Shown: piece by piece, positions 11,901-25,400 of the stretch
How the letters are laid out: the number at the start of each line of letters is the position of its first letter
Position numbering within the stretch: the first letter of the stretch is position 1
From: Takakia lepidozioides
Taxonomy: Eukaryota > Plantae > Bryophyta
Reading direction: 5' to 3'
NCBI GenBank assembly: GCA_030704615.1
Contig: CM060734.1
Span: forward strand, 63,550,001-63,614,000
Length of the DNA: 64,000 bases
Program-made: the position numbers and the translations under genes
The notes under the pieces: generated by a model
What the model saw: the letters and a program-made list of their open reading frames with translations, nothing else
Told to the model about the DNA's origin: nothing
The model's database searches: none

Positions 11901-14900
11901 CCAGATTTATCCAGCAGGGTCATGGCTAGTGGACTAAGATTCAGATCCTTGAAAATCTCTTCTACCCTTTTCCGCCAGGATTTAGCCTGTTTGACAGGGC
12001 GTCCTGCTTCCAAGATATAGAGTCGATTAACTTAGGATATCTGGTATTAGCCATACGTTGCAGCTGACCCCACCATCTGATTTTGAATTCATCGCGTCGG
12101 GAGCTTAAGGGAGGAATGCCAAACCCACCCCGAACAGCCACATTAGCTATTTTGGAGCATGCTGACATGCACTCCTTGAGCACCCCGACTTGGATGGATT
12201 CAAGAGACTTAGCCTGGTTGGAGTTATCAACCCATACAGCAGATGCATACTCCAAGGCCGGCCTGATAACGTGGCAAAGCATGGTTTTTTTGACTTCAGA
12301 GTTGATCCCTCTGCAGTGGAAAAATTTGGTGAGACCCAGCGCTTTGCGTTTGCCAGATTGAACCACTCTTTGAATATGTGCTTCCCAATTACAGTTGGAG
12401 GAAAACTCAACGCCAAGATAGGTGTAGGAGGGGCTTCCCCACTGCCACTTGAGATCGCCTCCTCCTTCCCCCCGGTCGTTGAATGCCACCACTGCGCATT
12501 TACTGACATTGGCCTCTAGCCCCCAAAGATCAAAGTATCTCTTCACGCAATCTATCAGCCCCTGGAGGTTGGAAGGAGTCTCCCCTATGCCTGCGAAGTC
12601 ATCCGCAAACATAAGGGCTGGTATGGTGGCATCACCCACCCTTAACCCAAATCCCTCACTTTCCACATAATCCAGTAGTTGATTGATGAAAACATTGAAG
12701 AGCAGAGGGGAGAGGGTACATCCTTGAGCTACACCTTGGTCTATGTCAAAGAAATTAGACTTCTGTCCATTTACAGTGACACAGCTTTTAGTGTGAGCAT
12801 ACAAGTTATGGACCACTCTCCACATCTTTCCCTTGATCCCGGAAGACCAGAGTCGGAGCCATAGACCGTCTCTCCACACAGTGTCATAGGCCTTTTTGAC
12901 ATCCAAGAAAAAGACAAAAGTAGGTTTCCCTTCTTTTTTCCTTCCCTGGATAATCTGGCTGAGTGTGAAGATATGATCCACGCAGCCCCTGTTTTGCCGA
13001 AAGCCAGCTTGGCCTTCCTGGAAACAACCTCTGGACTCCAGATCAACCTCGAGACGAGTACTTATAACTCTGCAGAATATCTTGCCAACTGCATTAAGAA
13101 GCGCGATGCCCCAATAGTTACCCGGCTCTTCTCTGTCACCTTTCTTGTATAAATTGACAATGACCCCCTGCCGCCAGCGAAAGGGGGTCATTTCAGTCCT
13201 CCATATAAGGTTAAAGAGAAGAACAAGGGCCTCTATCATAGGGTCACCACCATGCTTGATAAGCTCATTGACAATGCCATCAGGGCCATCAGCTTTGTAT
13301 CCGTTTAGATGCTCAATTGCTTCCGCAATCTCAGAGGAACTAATGGGAGCGTTATAACCCTTTGAAATATACTCCAGTTCATCAGGGCTGTCTTGAATCA
13401 TAGACACAGTTCTTTCTACTGTGTCATTCCATTCTTCAGAAAACCCCTCGCTGCTAGAACTAGAATTTCTGCCAAGTGTACTGTAGAGAGAGAGAGATTG
13501 TACTCATAAGACGTTGTTTGCCGTAGCCTTGTGGCCATTGACCCCGCGCCCAGTTTGAGCGGGAACAAAAGGGACAGAACCTACCTCTATCAGGGGCTGA
13601 CGCTGGTAGTAAGACTTACCTTCATATAGACTTACCTTCATATAGATCTCATGGCAACCGACATGGCTTTGGACACTACAGCCTCTAAGTCAGATTTATC
13701 CAGCAGGGTCAAGACTTGCGGATCCAGGTCCAGGTCCTTGAGAATCTCTTCTACTCTCTTCTGCCAGGACTTAGCCTGTTTGACAGGGCGGTCCTGTTTC
13801 CAAGATATAGAGTCGATTAACTTAGGATATCTGGTGTTGGACATATGTTGCAGCTGACCCCACCATCTGACCTTGAATTCATCTCGTCAGGAGCTTAAGC
13901 ACGGAATGCCAAACTCACCCCGAACAGCCACATTGGCTGTTTTGGAGCATGCTGACATACACTCCTTAAGCACCCCCACTTGAATGGATTTTAGAGACTT
14001 AGCCTGGTTGGAGTTATCAACCCATATTGCAGATCCGTACTCCAAGGCAGGTCTAATAACGCGACAAAGCATGGTTTTCTTAACCTCAGAGTTGACCCCT
14101 CTGCCAGTTTGAACAACTTTCCAGATATGTGCATCCCAATTACAATTGGAGGAAAACTCAACGCCCAGGTAAGTGTAGGAAGGGAGGACCGGGATCTCTT
14201 GGCTACCCCACTGCCACTTAAGATCACTTCCTCCCTCTCCTCTGTCGTTGAATGCTACCACTGCACATTTGCTGACATTAGCCTCTAGCCCCCAAAGATC
14301 AAAGTATCTCTTCGCGCAATCAATCAACTCCTGGAGATTGGTTGGAGTCTCCCCTATGCCTGCAAAGTCATCTGCAAACATAAGGGCTGGTATGGTGGTA
14401 TCACCCACCCTTAGCCCAAATCCCTCACTTTCCACATCCTCGAGGAGTTGATTGATGAAAACATTGAAGAGCAGAGGGGAGAGAGTACATCCTTGAGCTA
14501 CACCCTGGTCTATGTCAAAGAAGTTGGACTTCTGTCCGTTAACAGTGACACAGCTTTTGGTGTGAGCATACAAGTTGTGGACAACTCTCCACATCTTTCC
14601 CTTGATCCCACAAGACCAGAGGCGGAACCATAGGCCATCTCTCCACACTGTGTCATAAGCCTTTTTGACATCCAGGAAAAAAACATAAGTGGGTTTCCCT
14701 TCTTTTTTCCTTCCCTGGATAATCTGGCTTAGAGTGAAGATATGATCCACACAGCCCCTGTTTCGCCGGAAGCCAGCTTGGCCTTCGTGGAAACAACCTC
14801 TAGACTCCAGATCAACCTCGAGACGAGTACTTATAACTCTGCAGAATGTCTTGCCAACAGCATTGAGGAGCGTGATGCCACGGTAGTTCCCCGGTTCTTC

Positions 14901-15197
14901 TCTGTCACCCTTCTTGTATAGATTGACAATGACCCCCTGTCACCAGCGAAAGGGGATCATTTCAGTCTTCCAGATAAGGTTAAAGAGGAGAACTAGGGCC
15001 TCTATCATGGGATCGCCACCGTGCTTGATAAGCTCGTTGACAATACCATCAGGTCCACCAGCTTTATATCCATTTAAATGTTCAATTGCTTCCACAATCT
15101 CAGAAGAACTAATGGGAGCGTTATAAGCCATTGAAATATACTCCAGCTTGGAGAGAGAGAGAGAGATTGTACTCATAAGACGTTGTTTGCCGTAGCC

Positions 15198-15236
<39 letters not shown>

Positions 15237-18091
15237 AGCAAATTTCCTCCTGGCGTTGTAATGTTGGCCTTCATGTCCTCCACTAGCTTCTCAAGGAGAC
15301 CTGCCCTTCAGACACTCAAGGGCATACATGTACTTATAGCTCACCCATAGCTAAAAGCCCACACATTTCAACTCTTTACTGTCTAATTGAAAGAACATAG
15401 GCCTGTGTTCATTTACCCACACACTGGAATCCACGCTTAGTAACCCAGAGAGCAAAGGATCTGAAGTCACACAAAAAGAGGCGGGAACCTACCTATTACT
15501 CACGGTGAACATCTCCTCTTCTTGGTTCATAAGCACATGGTCAAGCGGACAATACTTCTCGCCAGTTTCCTGGTCATGGAGAATGGAGTGGCGATGGCTG
15601 AAGGTACCGCGCTCTACATCCTGCCCACTTAGGCGCACATGGTTCCCTTCCACCAACAGGGTCGCGAAGGCCAGTGCCTCAGCTGTTGCCCAGTCCACAC
15701 CCTGCTCTGTCTCAATCATTTGTCTGCGCTGGTCATACACGCGCTTTATGCCACGGTGCGGAGTGAAATTGGGAGGGATCGTAGTTATGCTCTTGCCCAC
15801 CTCCTTCAATATCTCCGGCTTCACACTGGCCCCACTCATCAAACCAATTGTCTCTTTAGATACTCAAGCAACTTTGCTTCAAGCACGATTTGTAAGACTG
15901 CGAAAATCCACAACTGTGTCAAATACACCTACAAAATAACTATCTTCTGCAACTCTTTCCCTGGCCATACATAACTGGTCAACTAAAAGCACCAACAGTT
16001 TACAGGCCTGTGTGTGCAGACAGACAGCTAATGCATATAAAGAGGGGCAGCAGAGCCTGCATACCCTGTATTCCGGATGCGAGAAAGCTGCTCAGGGCCC
16101 TTGAAGCCTGCCCAGTATGCAGCTAGCCAGTCACGAGTTCGGGGTACATATTCCTTGCTCTTATCAAACTCTTCATTCAAAATGTGGAAAACATTGTCTT
16201 GGAGCTTTTTTATTTCCTCTTCCGTCAATTGTTTCTCATCTATCAACTTCTTCATGTAAATGTCCAGTGCTGGCGGATGATTCTTGATCACCTATGTCCC
16301 ATCACAAACTACACCTTTAAGATCAAACACCAATCTGCTCAAAAAACCCTAGGGTGGACATGCCCCTATCCACTTGCAGCTACATGAAGGCGCTGCCAAC
16401 AAGACAGCCACACACAGGTTAATTTAAAATACGAGTTGGGAGTGAAGAGCAAAAAGCACCTGATACATAGTGGGCTGGGTGAAGGAGGGCTCATCTATCT
16501 CGTTGTGGCCAAACCTGCGGTAACATACAATGTCCACCACCACGTCGGCCTTAAATCGTCGGCGCCACTCAGCTGCCAGCTCACATGCATGCACCACTGC
16601 TTCCACATCATCACCATTGACATGGAAGATGGGTGCATTAAGCGCCTTAGCCACATCAGTGCAGTAGGGTGATGAGCGACTTGCCTTTGGATCAGTGGTA
16701 AAGGCTACCTGGTTGTTGACCACAATATGGATGGTGCCCCCTGTAGTGTAATTGGGGAGATCACTCAAATGGAAAGTCTCATAAACCACACCTTGTCCTG
16801 CAAAACTGCCATCACCATGCAGCAGAACTGCCATATTTTTGCTCCGCTCCTTATCATCAGAGTAGTACTGCTTGGCGCGAGTCTTGCCAATCACAACAGG
16901 GTCGACTGCCTCCAGATGGCTGGGATTTGCTACCAGGGATAGATGAATTCGCTTTCCACTGCGTGTTGGCCTGTCATATGATGTTCCCAGATGGTACTTA
17001 ACATCTCCACTCCCTGTGTAGCCACCAGCTTCATCTGGGGGTTTAATTCCTCCACTGAACTCACTGAAAATCTGGCGCAGGGGCTTCCGCACTACATTGC
17101 CCAGCACGTTAAGGCGACCCCGATGCGGCATGCCAATCACAACATTCTCTACCCCGCCATCTGCAGCCTTGTCTATGAGCTCCTTCATACCTGGAATGAG
17201 CGTCTCACAGCCTTCCAGCCCAAATCTTTTTGCAGCAGTCCACTTCTGCGCTAAAAAGTTTTCAAAATCAGTGCCCCACATAAGGCGGTCCAGGATCTGA
17301 GCCCTCCGATTGGCCCCATACTTGCCAGGCACTTGTGTCTCGATCTGTTCTCGCAACCAATTGCATTTGTCGCGATCGGGAATGTGCATGTATTCATATC
17401 CAATAGTGCCACAGTAAGCCTGCTCCAGCCGGTGCAGAATGCCGCGGAGTGTTTGGACGGGCCGATTCTCCGACAGAAATCCCGACATGCGCCACACCCC
17501 CAGGAAAAATTCACGATCCAAATCAGCCTCAGTGAAGCCATAGAGGGCCGGGTCAAGCTCCAGGGGCGGCTGGCGCTCATCAAGGCCGAGTGGATCCAGC
17601 TTCGCCTTCATGTGCCCATTAACCTGGTAGGCACGCACCAGCAGTAGCAGCCGCATGCTCTCCTGAATGGTCTGCCCTGACAGGCCCGGAGTGCTGGCAG
17701 CCTGCCCCGTGAAGTTGCGGAAAAATGTGTCCCATGATTCATCCACACTCTTAGGATCCACCTCCCACGCCCGCTGCAGCTCTTCCAAATACACGCTGCT
17801 GGTCCCATCCAGAAAGTTGTCCGTCAACTTTGACAGAGGTACTGCCCGCGGCACTGGCGCTGCTGCCTGCTGCAGGCTTTCACTGGTGCCATGCAATCCA
17901 CGGAAGAAGGCAGCTGCGCAGCGACTCTGCGGTGTCACTAATGAACTCTCGCAACGCCACAACAAGGCAGCATCCGGCCTGTAAAGCAGGGCTATCCGGC
18001 TGAGGAAGGGATGCTGGCGGGCCTGTCTCACGGTGCGTCCGCCTCTTACAAGCGTCCTGGACGCAAGCGATAACACCCTATACCATACCAT
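8975..18091 (-). CDS. OGDH: 2-oxoglutarate dehydrogenase E1, mitochondrial. Exons: 18091-16460, 16291-16065, 15825-15493, 11070-10824, 10530-10402, 9997-9782, 9573-9450, 9210-8975
   Basis: Hallmark motifs [80 protein letters not shown]. All exon phases join in frame, intron 5 has a GC donor, and the N-terminus is an Arg-rich presequence. Confidence 0.96.
11140..15230 (-). mobile_element. Stack of 5'-truncated LINE copies in OGDH intron 3: about 11140-11245, 11300-11366, 11370-13483, 13497-15148 (internally deleted), 15165-15198
   Basis: RT motifs ([30 protein letters not shown]). Copies end in ...AAACAACGTCTTATGAGTACAA (or a close variant), usually followed by TC repeats on the minus strand; (GA)n tracts separate most copies. 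Confidence 0.93.
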
Positions 18092-18330
18092 CGCTGGTGG
18101 CTGGCTTTCTCAGCGCAACAACCCAGATTGGCAAGCACCCAGCCTCTCTCCTCTAAAAAACCCTAGCCACCTCCGAGCTGCAATACCTGCCGGCCCCCGA
18201 CACATACTTGACTCGTCCACACCCGCTCTGCATCTGTCGTCTCCTTGACACCGCACCGCACCACGCCTTGCCCCGCTCTCTCTCTCTCTCTCTCTGCGCC
18301 CCCTCTCTCCGCCCCTCTCGTCTCCCTACA

Positions 18331-18803
18331 CTCTACTAATAAGTTTTACTTAGTGATAATATATTCAAAGGACCAATCACCGCCTTGACATTATTGTGTA
18401 ACCTCCTTTCACCACGATATAAGCAGGGGTGGCGGATTCTGCCACTTTTTCGGCATAATTCTCAGACCGAATCGACCACCGAGGGCAGTATCGGCAGGGA
18501 TGGCCGATTACACACAGAGGACGGCAGACCTACCGCCGAAGCCCATTTCATCAGCCATCATATCACCAGCCTTCCCTTGTGGCTCGCCCCGTTATATCCT
18601 CTCCGGGGCTCTGAATCTGGGCAATCGATATGGGATAATCGAACCTCAATCATATTGCGCCACGTAGCGGCGAGAATCGGCCACACCTGCTTTTAACGCC
18701 AGTGAACGGGCCGCGTTGGCCGACTCTGCCCTGTGCGCGGCCATAGGGCTCGCCCAAAGGCCGCTTACAGGGCAGAATCGGCCAAACACGGCCCGTTCTC
18801 TAG
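18331..18803 (+). mobile_element. Putative non-autonomous Helitron in the OGDH-NADK2 divergent promoter region
   Basis: Starts (C)TCTACTAAT after an A and ends CTAG|T (18800-18803). A long GC-rich inverted repeat (18705-18742 / 18759-18797) precedes the end. No TSD. Confidence 0.6.
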
Positions 18804-19447
18804 TACATTTTCCCGTTGACTTCACGTGATAGGCTCAATAAAGAGAACCTGGACCCGGTGGATCGGTGGGTGGGTGGGCGGGAATGTGTGGAGTGGCGGG
18901 CGAGCGTTCTGCGATGCGGGCCCTACCTTGTGAAACCCTACATGCCATCCGGCATTGCTGCCACGTACGTAGTTCAGAACCAAACAGGCTTATCTCCTGA
19001 TTTCCTCTTCTCCCGTTTAAGCTTGCTGCACGCATGTTTTTTAAAGGGACCAATTTGGTGAAGCGGAGAGAATGGCAGTTGAAGATTGCAGGTTGAGGCT
19101 ACTTCTTTCGGCACAGTCTGGGAAAGGGTAATTGCGGAATCGAGGATGTATGACCTCCATTCAACACTTATATTGGAAGCAGAACGGTGATCACGGTGTT
19201 ACTGTTTGTGCAGCACCCTGAATAGAAATCTGCTCGTGGTTTTGTTTGGGGGGACCTAGTAGTAAGGAGAATTCGAGGGTTTATGGTCTAGTTTTAGGTA
19301 TCCTAAGTGCATGAGCACGGAGTAAAAGACACTCACTTAGGTATTGCTACAATGGACAACTGTTGTCCGGAGAGAGAGGCGTGAGATGGATGTGTTGCAG
19401 ATCCGAATTTATTCTACGAGAAGTCTCCAGAGCAGGGACTCCCTGAT

Positions 19448-22400
19448 ATGGCCACACCCTGCTGTTCCATTAGAACTGGGTGTGCGCCGCTCGTCTTTCC
19501 TAGCAATGTCTGGCAACAGAGCACTCACCAAACTGCGGGAAGCTTGTCGAGAACTGCAAGTTGTAAAATGTCTGCCCCGAACGTTATATGTACAGGCCAA
19601 TATACATATCCAATAGCAAGTGTTGCAGCTTGGACAGGGTCGACCTCGTGCCACTGTGTTTCTCCAGCACACTCATCGCTGCTTCATCATACAGCTTTTT
19701 TAGCCCATCGATCAATTCCTTTTCACCTCTCTGCGCCCATAAATATTTTATCCTCCCGACCAGAGAGGTTCAGCTTACTGCCATCCTTTTTGGCAATTTC
19801 ACCTGGTTGCCTTGATTTCCCAGCGTCTATTTCATGTTATCCCGTGTCTTTCTTGTCCCCTCGGACAGGCACCAGACGCCCTGTCAAAGCACTTATCGGC
19901 TGTGGCGAAAGGAGGGCACAGAGCAGGAAAAAGAGGAAATGGGCCCAGATGTACAGTTCATGGATCTATCCGGAGTTATCTACAGATCCCTTGAAGATAA
20001 ACAACAAGAGTACTGAGAGATTGAGGTGCTATTCGGCCTTGAGTGGTGATAGTTGTTTCAGAAAGAGATGCAGTAGTTGGAGGAATAAGGCCATCTCAAG
20101 TGAACCTCGGACCACGGAATGGACGCCCTCTCTGTCTTATGAACAAGTCGAGCAACTTCAGGTTTGTACCCTGTGACATTACCACTCCTTAAAGCACGTG
20201 TCTCCAAAACACACATTGCGCCATGCCCTGTGAAGGCCTTTGTACCCTAGTTCTTTACCCCTTCCAGAGCCGGTGGAAACAAAAGAGAGACAGAGAAAAC
20301 TATTTGTATCAAGGTCTAGTAGACGGAAGGTCATGCTTGGAGAAGGTTAGAGAAGGTTAATCTGTACATGTGTTCGATGCAGGCACAAGAGGAGGAGTCA
20401 CTGCTCTTTCGGAATGGTCCTCCACCAGGGGACCTAGCAGAGGTTGAAGCCTTTTGCCGCATTCACAGGCTGGCAGAGCTGCTGCACACAGCTGTGATGG
20501 AGTTTCTTCGCACCATGACTACGACTGGTGCAGTATTTTCAGATGATGGAGATGTGCCTTTGTTGGAAGAAAAGGTGGTAGCTGGTTTGGCGCGCATGGG
20601 GGCAGTGCTGCAGCAGGGTAGGCTTGAGGTGCTGGGTGGCAGAGACATAGTGAATTCAAATGAAGCGGCGCCCCCATTGGTGCGCTTGAGGGCAGAGCTG
20701 AAGGAGTGCTGTGAGGCACTGAAAAAGGCAGTGGAGTCGTGCATTTCACCTGCCCTCATGCCCAAGAGCATCCACCGCGCCCTTCAGCGCCTGCACACTG
20801 TGTGTCTGGATGCTGGGTTCCCTCGGCTGCCAGATGCACCTGGCCATGCAGAAATTCCCAACCTTGCAGCTGTGAAGCTCCGGCCATTTCGGAGTGGCCA
20901 TAGCTTGGATCAGGAGGAGGAAGTTGCATTTTGGAGGGGAGGACAGTTGACAGAGGACGGTGTGGAGTGGCTACTGCAGCAAGGATTCAAGTTGGTTGTG
21001 GACATGCGCTCAGAACAGGTCACCAGCCCACTGACACAGGCAGCGTTGCAGGCAGCAGAGGCTGAAGGTAGGCTGCAGGTGGTGAAGTTGCCAGTACCAC
21101 TGGGGATGGCCCCAACCGTAGAGCAGGTGGAGGAGTTTGCAAGGCGGGTGGCTAATCCAGATAACAAACCACTATATTTGCATAGCCAGGGTGGTGTAGG
21201 CCGCACATGTGCCATGGTTTCTAGGTGGCGTGAAATTGTGCTGGACGGAGATTTGAAAAAGAGAAGGAATCTGATTACCAGTACCTTGGCTGATCAGAGC
21301 AGAAACATTGACAGTGTAGGGGAGACGGAAGGTGTGGCCGATGTTGGTAGCAATGCCGTTTCCTCAGACACAGCACATACATTCCTGGATACTGAGTGGA
21401 CTGCTCCATCGGCCTCGAGCAGGGGCTCCCTGCAGCTTTCTCGTGGTAAATTTTTCGGCTTAGTTGATGAAAGACCGAGCGATGAGCCAGGAGCATCAAA
21501 TGAGGGAGAGGCAACTACTGTGGACAACAGGGTCACAAGCTCCCTGGATGCTGGCACAATGAATCAAGCAGGGATATCACCACCTGATGAAGCCGTAGCT
21601 GGGAATCCAGTCGGTCAGGAGGGATGTATTGCAATAGCAAAGAATGCATTTGAAGCACAGAGGCCTGGAGCGAATGTGTTATGCAAGAAAACAATGTCCC
21701 AATTCTTGAAACGGCACAGGACATTGCCTGGAGCAGCTGGGCAAAAAGGTGGTACCAACCAGTCAAGTTCTGTCATTGCACAGCTTTCCCATGTGGGCGT
21801 CATCGCAGGCCCTGCTGGTAGGTGGGGCCTAGCTGGTCCTGGCATCCCCCGGGCTGGGAGCTTTGATACTCCCGTGTCCTCCATCACCAGCTTGTGTGGG
21901 CAAGAGAAAGACGAGCTGGCACAGGTTGCTGTACAGAGAGCTGAGCTGAAGGTAAGGGCAAGCTGTGGGGAAGGCAGCAGAAGCCGTAATGGCACAGTGA
22001 GCGCAGGCGCTGCTACAACTGCATCCAGCAGCAGCAATGCAGCCACAGTACAGGAGTCTCGAAGAATAGAGCAGGAAAAGGGCTACAGACCAGCAAAGAA
22101 TGGAGCACTCTTCAGAGTGGAAGCCATGGCCGGACCTGAGGATGGCAGCACGGTGGAGGTCGAGGGGGACATGTGTGCAAGCACAACAGGGGTGGTGAGG
22201 GTGCAATCCCGGCGAAAGGCAGAGATGTACTTGGTGCGCACAGATGGGTTCTCATGCACACGTGAGCGAGTGAAGGAATCAACTCTGGCGTTCACACATC
22301 CCAGCACCCAGCAGCAGATGCTCATGTGGAAGACAGCTCCCAAGACAGTGCTGCTCCTTAAAAAACTGGGCTACGAGCTCATGGAAGAGGCACAGCAGGT

Positions 22401-25400
22401 CTCTATCTGTTTGTATAATGTGAACTCACTGGATCTTGAAAATATGACCTGGTCTGTCTGAAGATTATAGCCATCCTTTAGCCCTTTTGCTGCTGCAAGA
22501 GCTAACATTTGTACGGGGGTTTCATCCTGAGGTGGATGTGAGAAATACAGCCTGTTGAATCTTGTTCCTACCAGCGGGGCTTGGCTTCGAAGTGAGGTTT
22601 GCTCTCACTGATTAGTTTCCCATCACCTTGTTGATCCGGAGCATGTGTTCAGCCATTTACCCTTTTGCAGCAATGGTAGCAAGACCTCTTACTTACCATT
22701 CCCATCTTTTAACTTTGTGATTGGACCTGCTGCAAAATATATATGTTATTTTTGTTTTTGTTTTTGTTTTGGACTTTGGAGAAGAGTGCTTCTTCTATTG
22801 CCAGAGCTGTCCACGTTCCCATGTTGTGCGGCACCCCTCCAATATTCAATCAGGAAATAGGGGCTACAGTCAGGCTTTATGACTTCCTTGAAGGTCGTAC
22901 CTCTCCAGTAGTTAGAACCCTGCATTTATTGGAGAGTGTGATACTGGCTTTATAATTTAGCTATCCTTCGCCCTATCTATTTCCTATTAAGCTGGTGGAA
23001 CCCTAAGGTGTGGATCTGTTCACACCTCGTTGACATTGAAGGTAAGTGTTTCAGGATGATACTGGATTTCTGAGCTGTAATAGTGTTCTCTTTGTTAAGA
23101 GCACTTGGTCAGGATAAGGCTCATCTTATGATGGCAAGCCTTCATCTATCCACTGTAAATCCACTGGCCCTGCCGGTTTACCTGCAGCTTTCTCCCATGT
23201 TGGGTTTGTACTCTCTAGCTGAGATGGCCATGCATGTGCCGCAGAAGAGCGTGAATTATTGCAAAGTATCAACAACGATGTGGCTTGCGGCAGGTTGCAT
23301 CTTTTCTGTTCCATCAAGAAGGGATGAATGTCATGGTGGAGCCAGACTTGCATGACCTATTTGCCAGATTTTCAGGCTTTGGTTTTGTGCAAACCTTCTA
23401 CAATCAGGACACCGGGTAAGCACAGGTGCATCCATAGTTTATGAAGACATGACTTGTTTCCAATGTTGAGTCAGTTGCGATAAATCATTAAGTTTGTCAA
23501 ACCGTGATCCAGTTTGGGCTTGATCAGAGATACTCTAGAAATTTCTGTTTTCTGTTTTCACATGTCTGTTGTGCTCTCTGTGACCTTTCACAGGATTGAT
23601 GTGGGAGGGGTTGGGCACAGTGGACTGCATGAGAGGGTGGACTTTGTGGTCTGCCTTGGGGGTGATGGTGTGATTCTACATGCCTCAAACCTCTTTCGGA
23701 GTGCAGTGCCTCCAGTGATCTCTTTCAACTTGGGCTCACTTGGCTTCCTCACTGCCCACCCTGTATGTTGTTTCACTCATCTCTTCCCAGAGGATATATA
23801 TACTAATGCAAAAAGTTTAACTTTTATTATTTACCAGGATGTGTTTACAATGCTCATGAAAAGGTAATCAGGTGTGGTGTGGCATGTTTCAGTCTTGGTA
23901 TGTATCCGATGTGCAGTCACTTTCTTCCACGTGCCTGCTTCTGCAATTGCTATTTATACACGTTCTGCATTTTCTTTCTCATATGTTGGGTCGAGTGCAA
24001 TGTGTTAGTGCAATGATTGAGTGTTACAGTTCAGCTGGGACGTCCTTGACAGGATAGGTTTTTATGTGTTGGGGACAGTTTGAGGAGTTCAAACAGGATC
24101 TCCGCGCTATTATACATGGCAACAGCAGGATAGATGGCGTGTACATCACCCTGCGAATGAGGCTGCGGTGTGAACTATTCCGGGGGGGCAAGCCCATCCC
24201 TGGCAAAGTTTTTGATGTGCTGAATGAGGTGGTGATTGACCGTGGCTCGAACCCCTACCTCTGCAAAATTGAGTGCTATGAGCGCTCTCGCCTGATAACT
24301 AAGGCAAGCTATAAGCTTTTATGAGTTCAGCTGTATATGTCTTTCTGGTAGTGGATGCATTCAGAGAACTAGCTAGCTACACATGTTTGGTAACTGATAG
24401 AGCAGGGGGAATGGAATGGCATGGATGGATGGACATCGGGCAGGTTCAAGCAGATGGTGTGCTGGTTGCCACCCCCACAGGCAGCACCGCCTACTCCACA
24501 GCTGCAGGAGGTTCCATGGTCTGTTCTTGTCTCATCCATTTGATTTGCCGACCCTATTATGGGTTATAAATGAATCCTTTTCTTTACTTGGTATTTTGTG
24601 CACCCCTTTTGTTGAAGCTGCAGATATGGATAGTCCTTAACATTTCTGCTTGTGAAAGTTGGAGGTTTGCATCTGGAGGCTGGGTGCAGAAGAGGATTGT
24701 CCAGGAAGCACTAGGCACAGTATAAATGTGCAGTAAATGCACCATTGTGTCTATTTCAGTTTTTACTTAGCTGATTATTTGATTTGTCAAGACTGCTCTT
24801 TCCTTCACAGCCCTGCCTCTCTCTCTCTCTCTCTCTCTCTCCCACCCACCTCTCTTTCTCCCTGTCCTCTAGGAACCCTATTGACATTGGGTGGACTTGA
24901 TACGGGAGTACATTAATGTCTCTGTGACTAAATGCCGGCCTTGCGACCTCGTGTCCTTGTTTGTTTCGACCTGAAGCGCTTTGCTTCAGGTAAGGTAGTG
25001 CATTGGATTTAGTTGGAAAGCTTGGGGCCTTTCCCTCTTTAGAATATGCCTACACGGGCCATTCCCTGCAACTCCCTGGAGTGTGATCTCTGAATGGTAA
25101 CAAGCGGACTCCTACCGCTTGGGGGCAGCCCCTCCGCCCAAATTGGGCAGTTGTATGCTCTGTCTAGCATACTCGGCACTTGGGCTCGGGTTGGTTCCTG
25201 TGCTTAAACTTATAGCCTGCGAGAACAATCAAAATTTTAGCTCCTATTTACATCAACACTCCTCAGGGTGATCCCTGGGAATTGGTTACTTATGCCAAAT
25301 CTAGGGCTTCATGTGTAGTTTTTGGGGTGAATCCCAGGATGGATGATGTGTCCTTTAAAACTACATGCTCTAGCTTAGGCTTGGATTTCATGGCTAATGG

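Noticed and set aside
24851-25280. Self-cleaving (HDV-like or hammerhead) ribozyme in the LINE 5' UTR
   Set aside because: Hairpins exist (e.g. CCTGAAGC-GCTTT-GCTTCAGG), but I could not build the nested pseudoknot or catalytic core by eye. An RNArobo/Infernal search would be needed.
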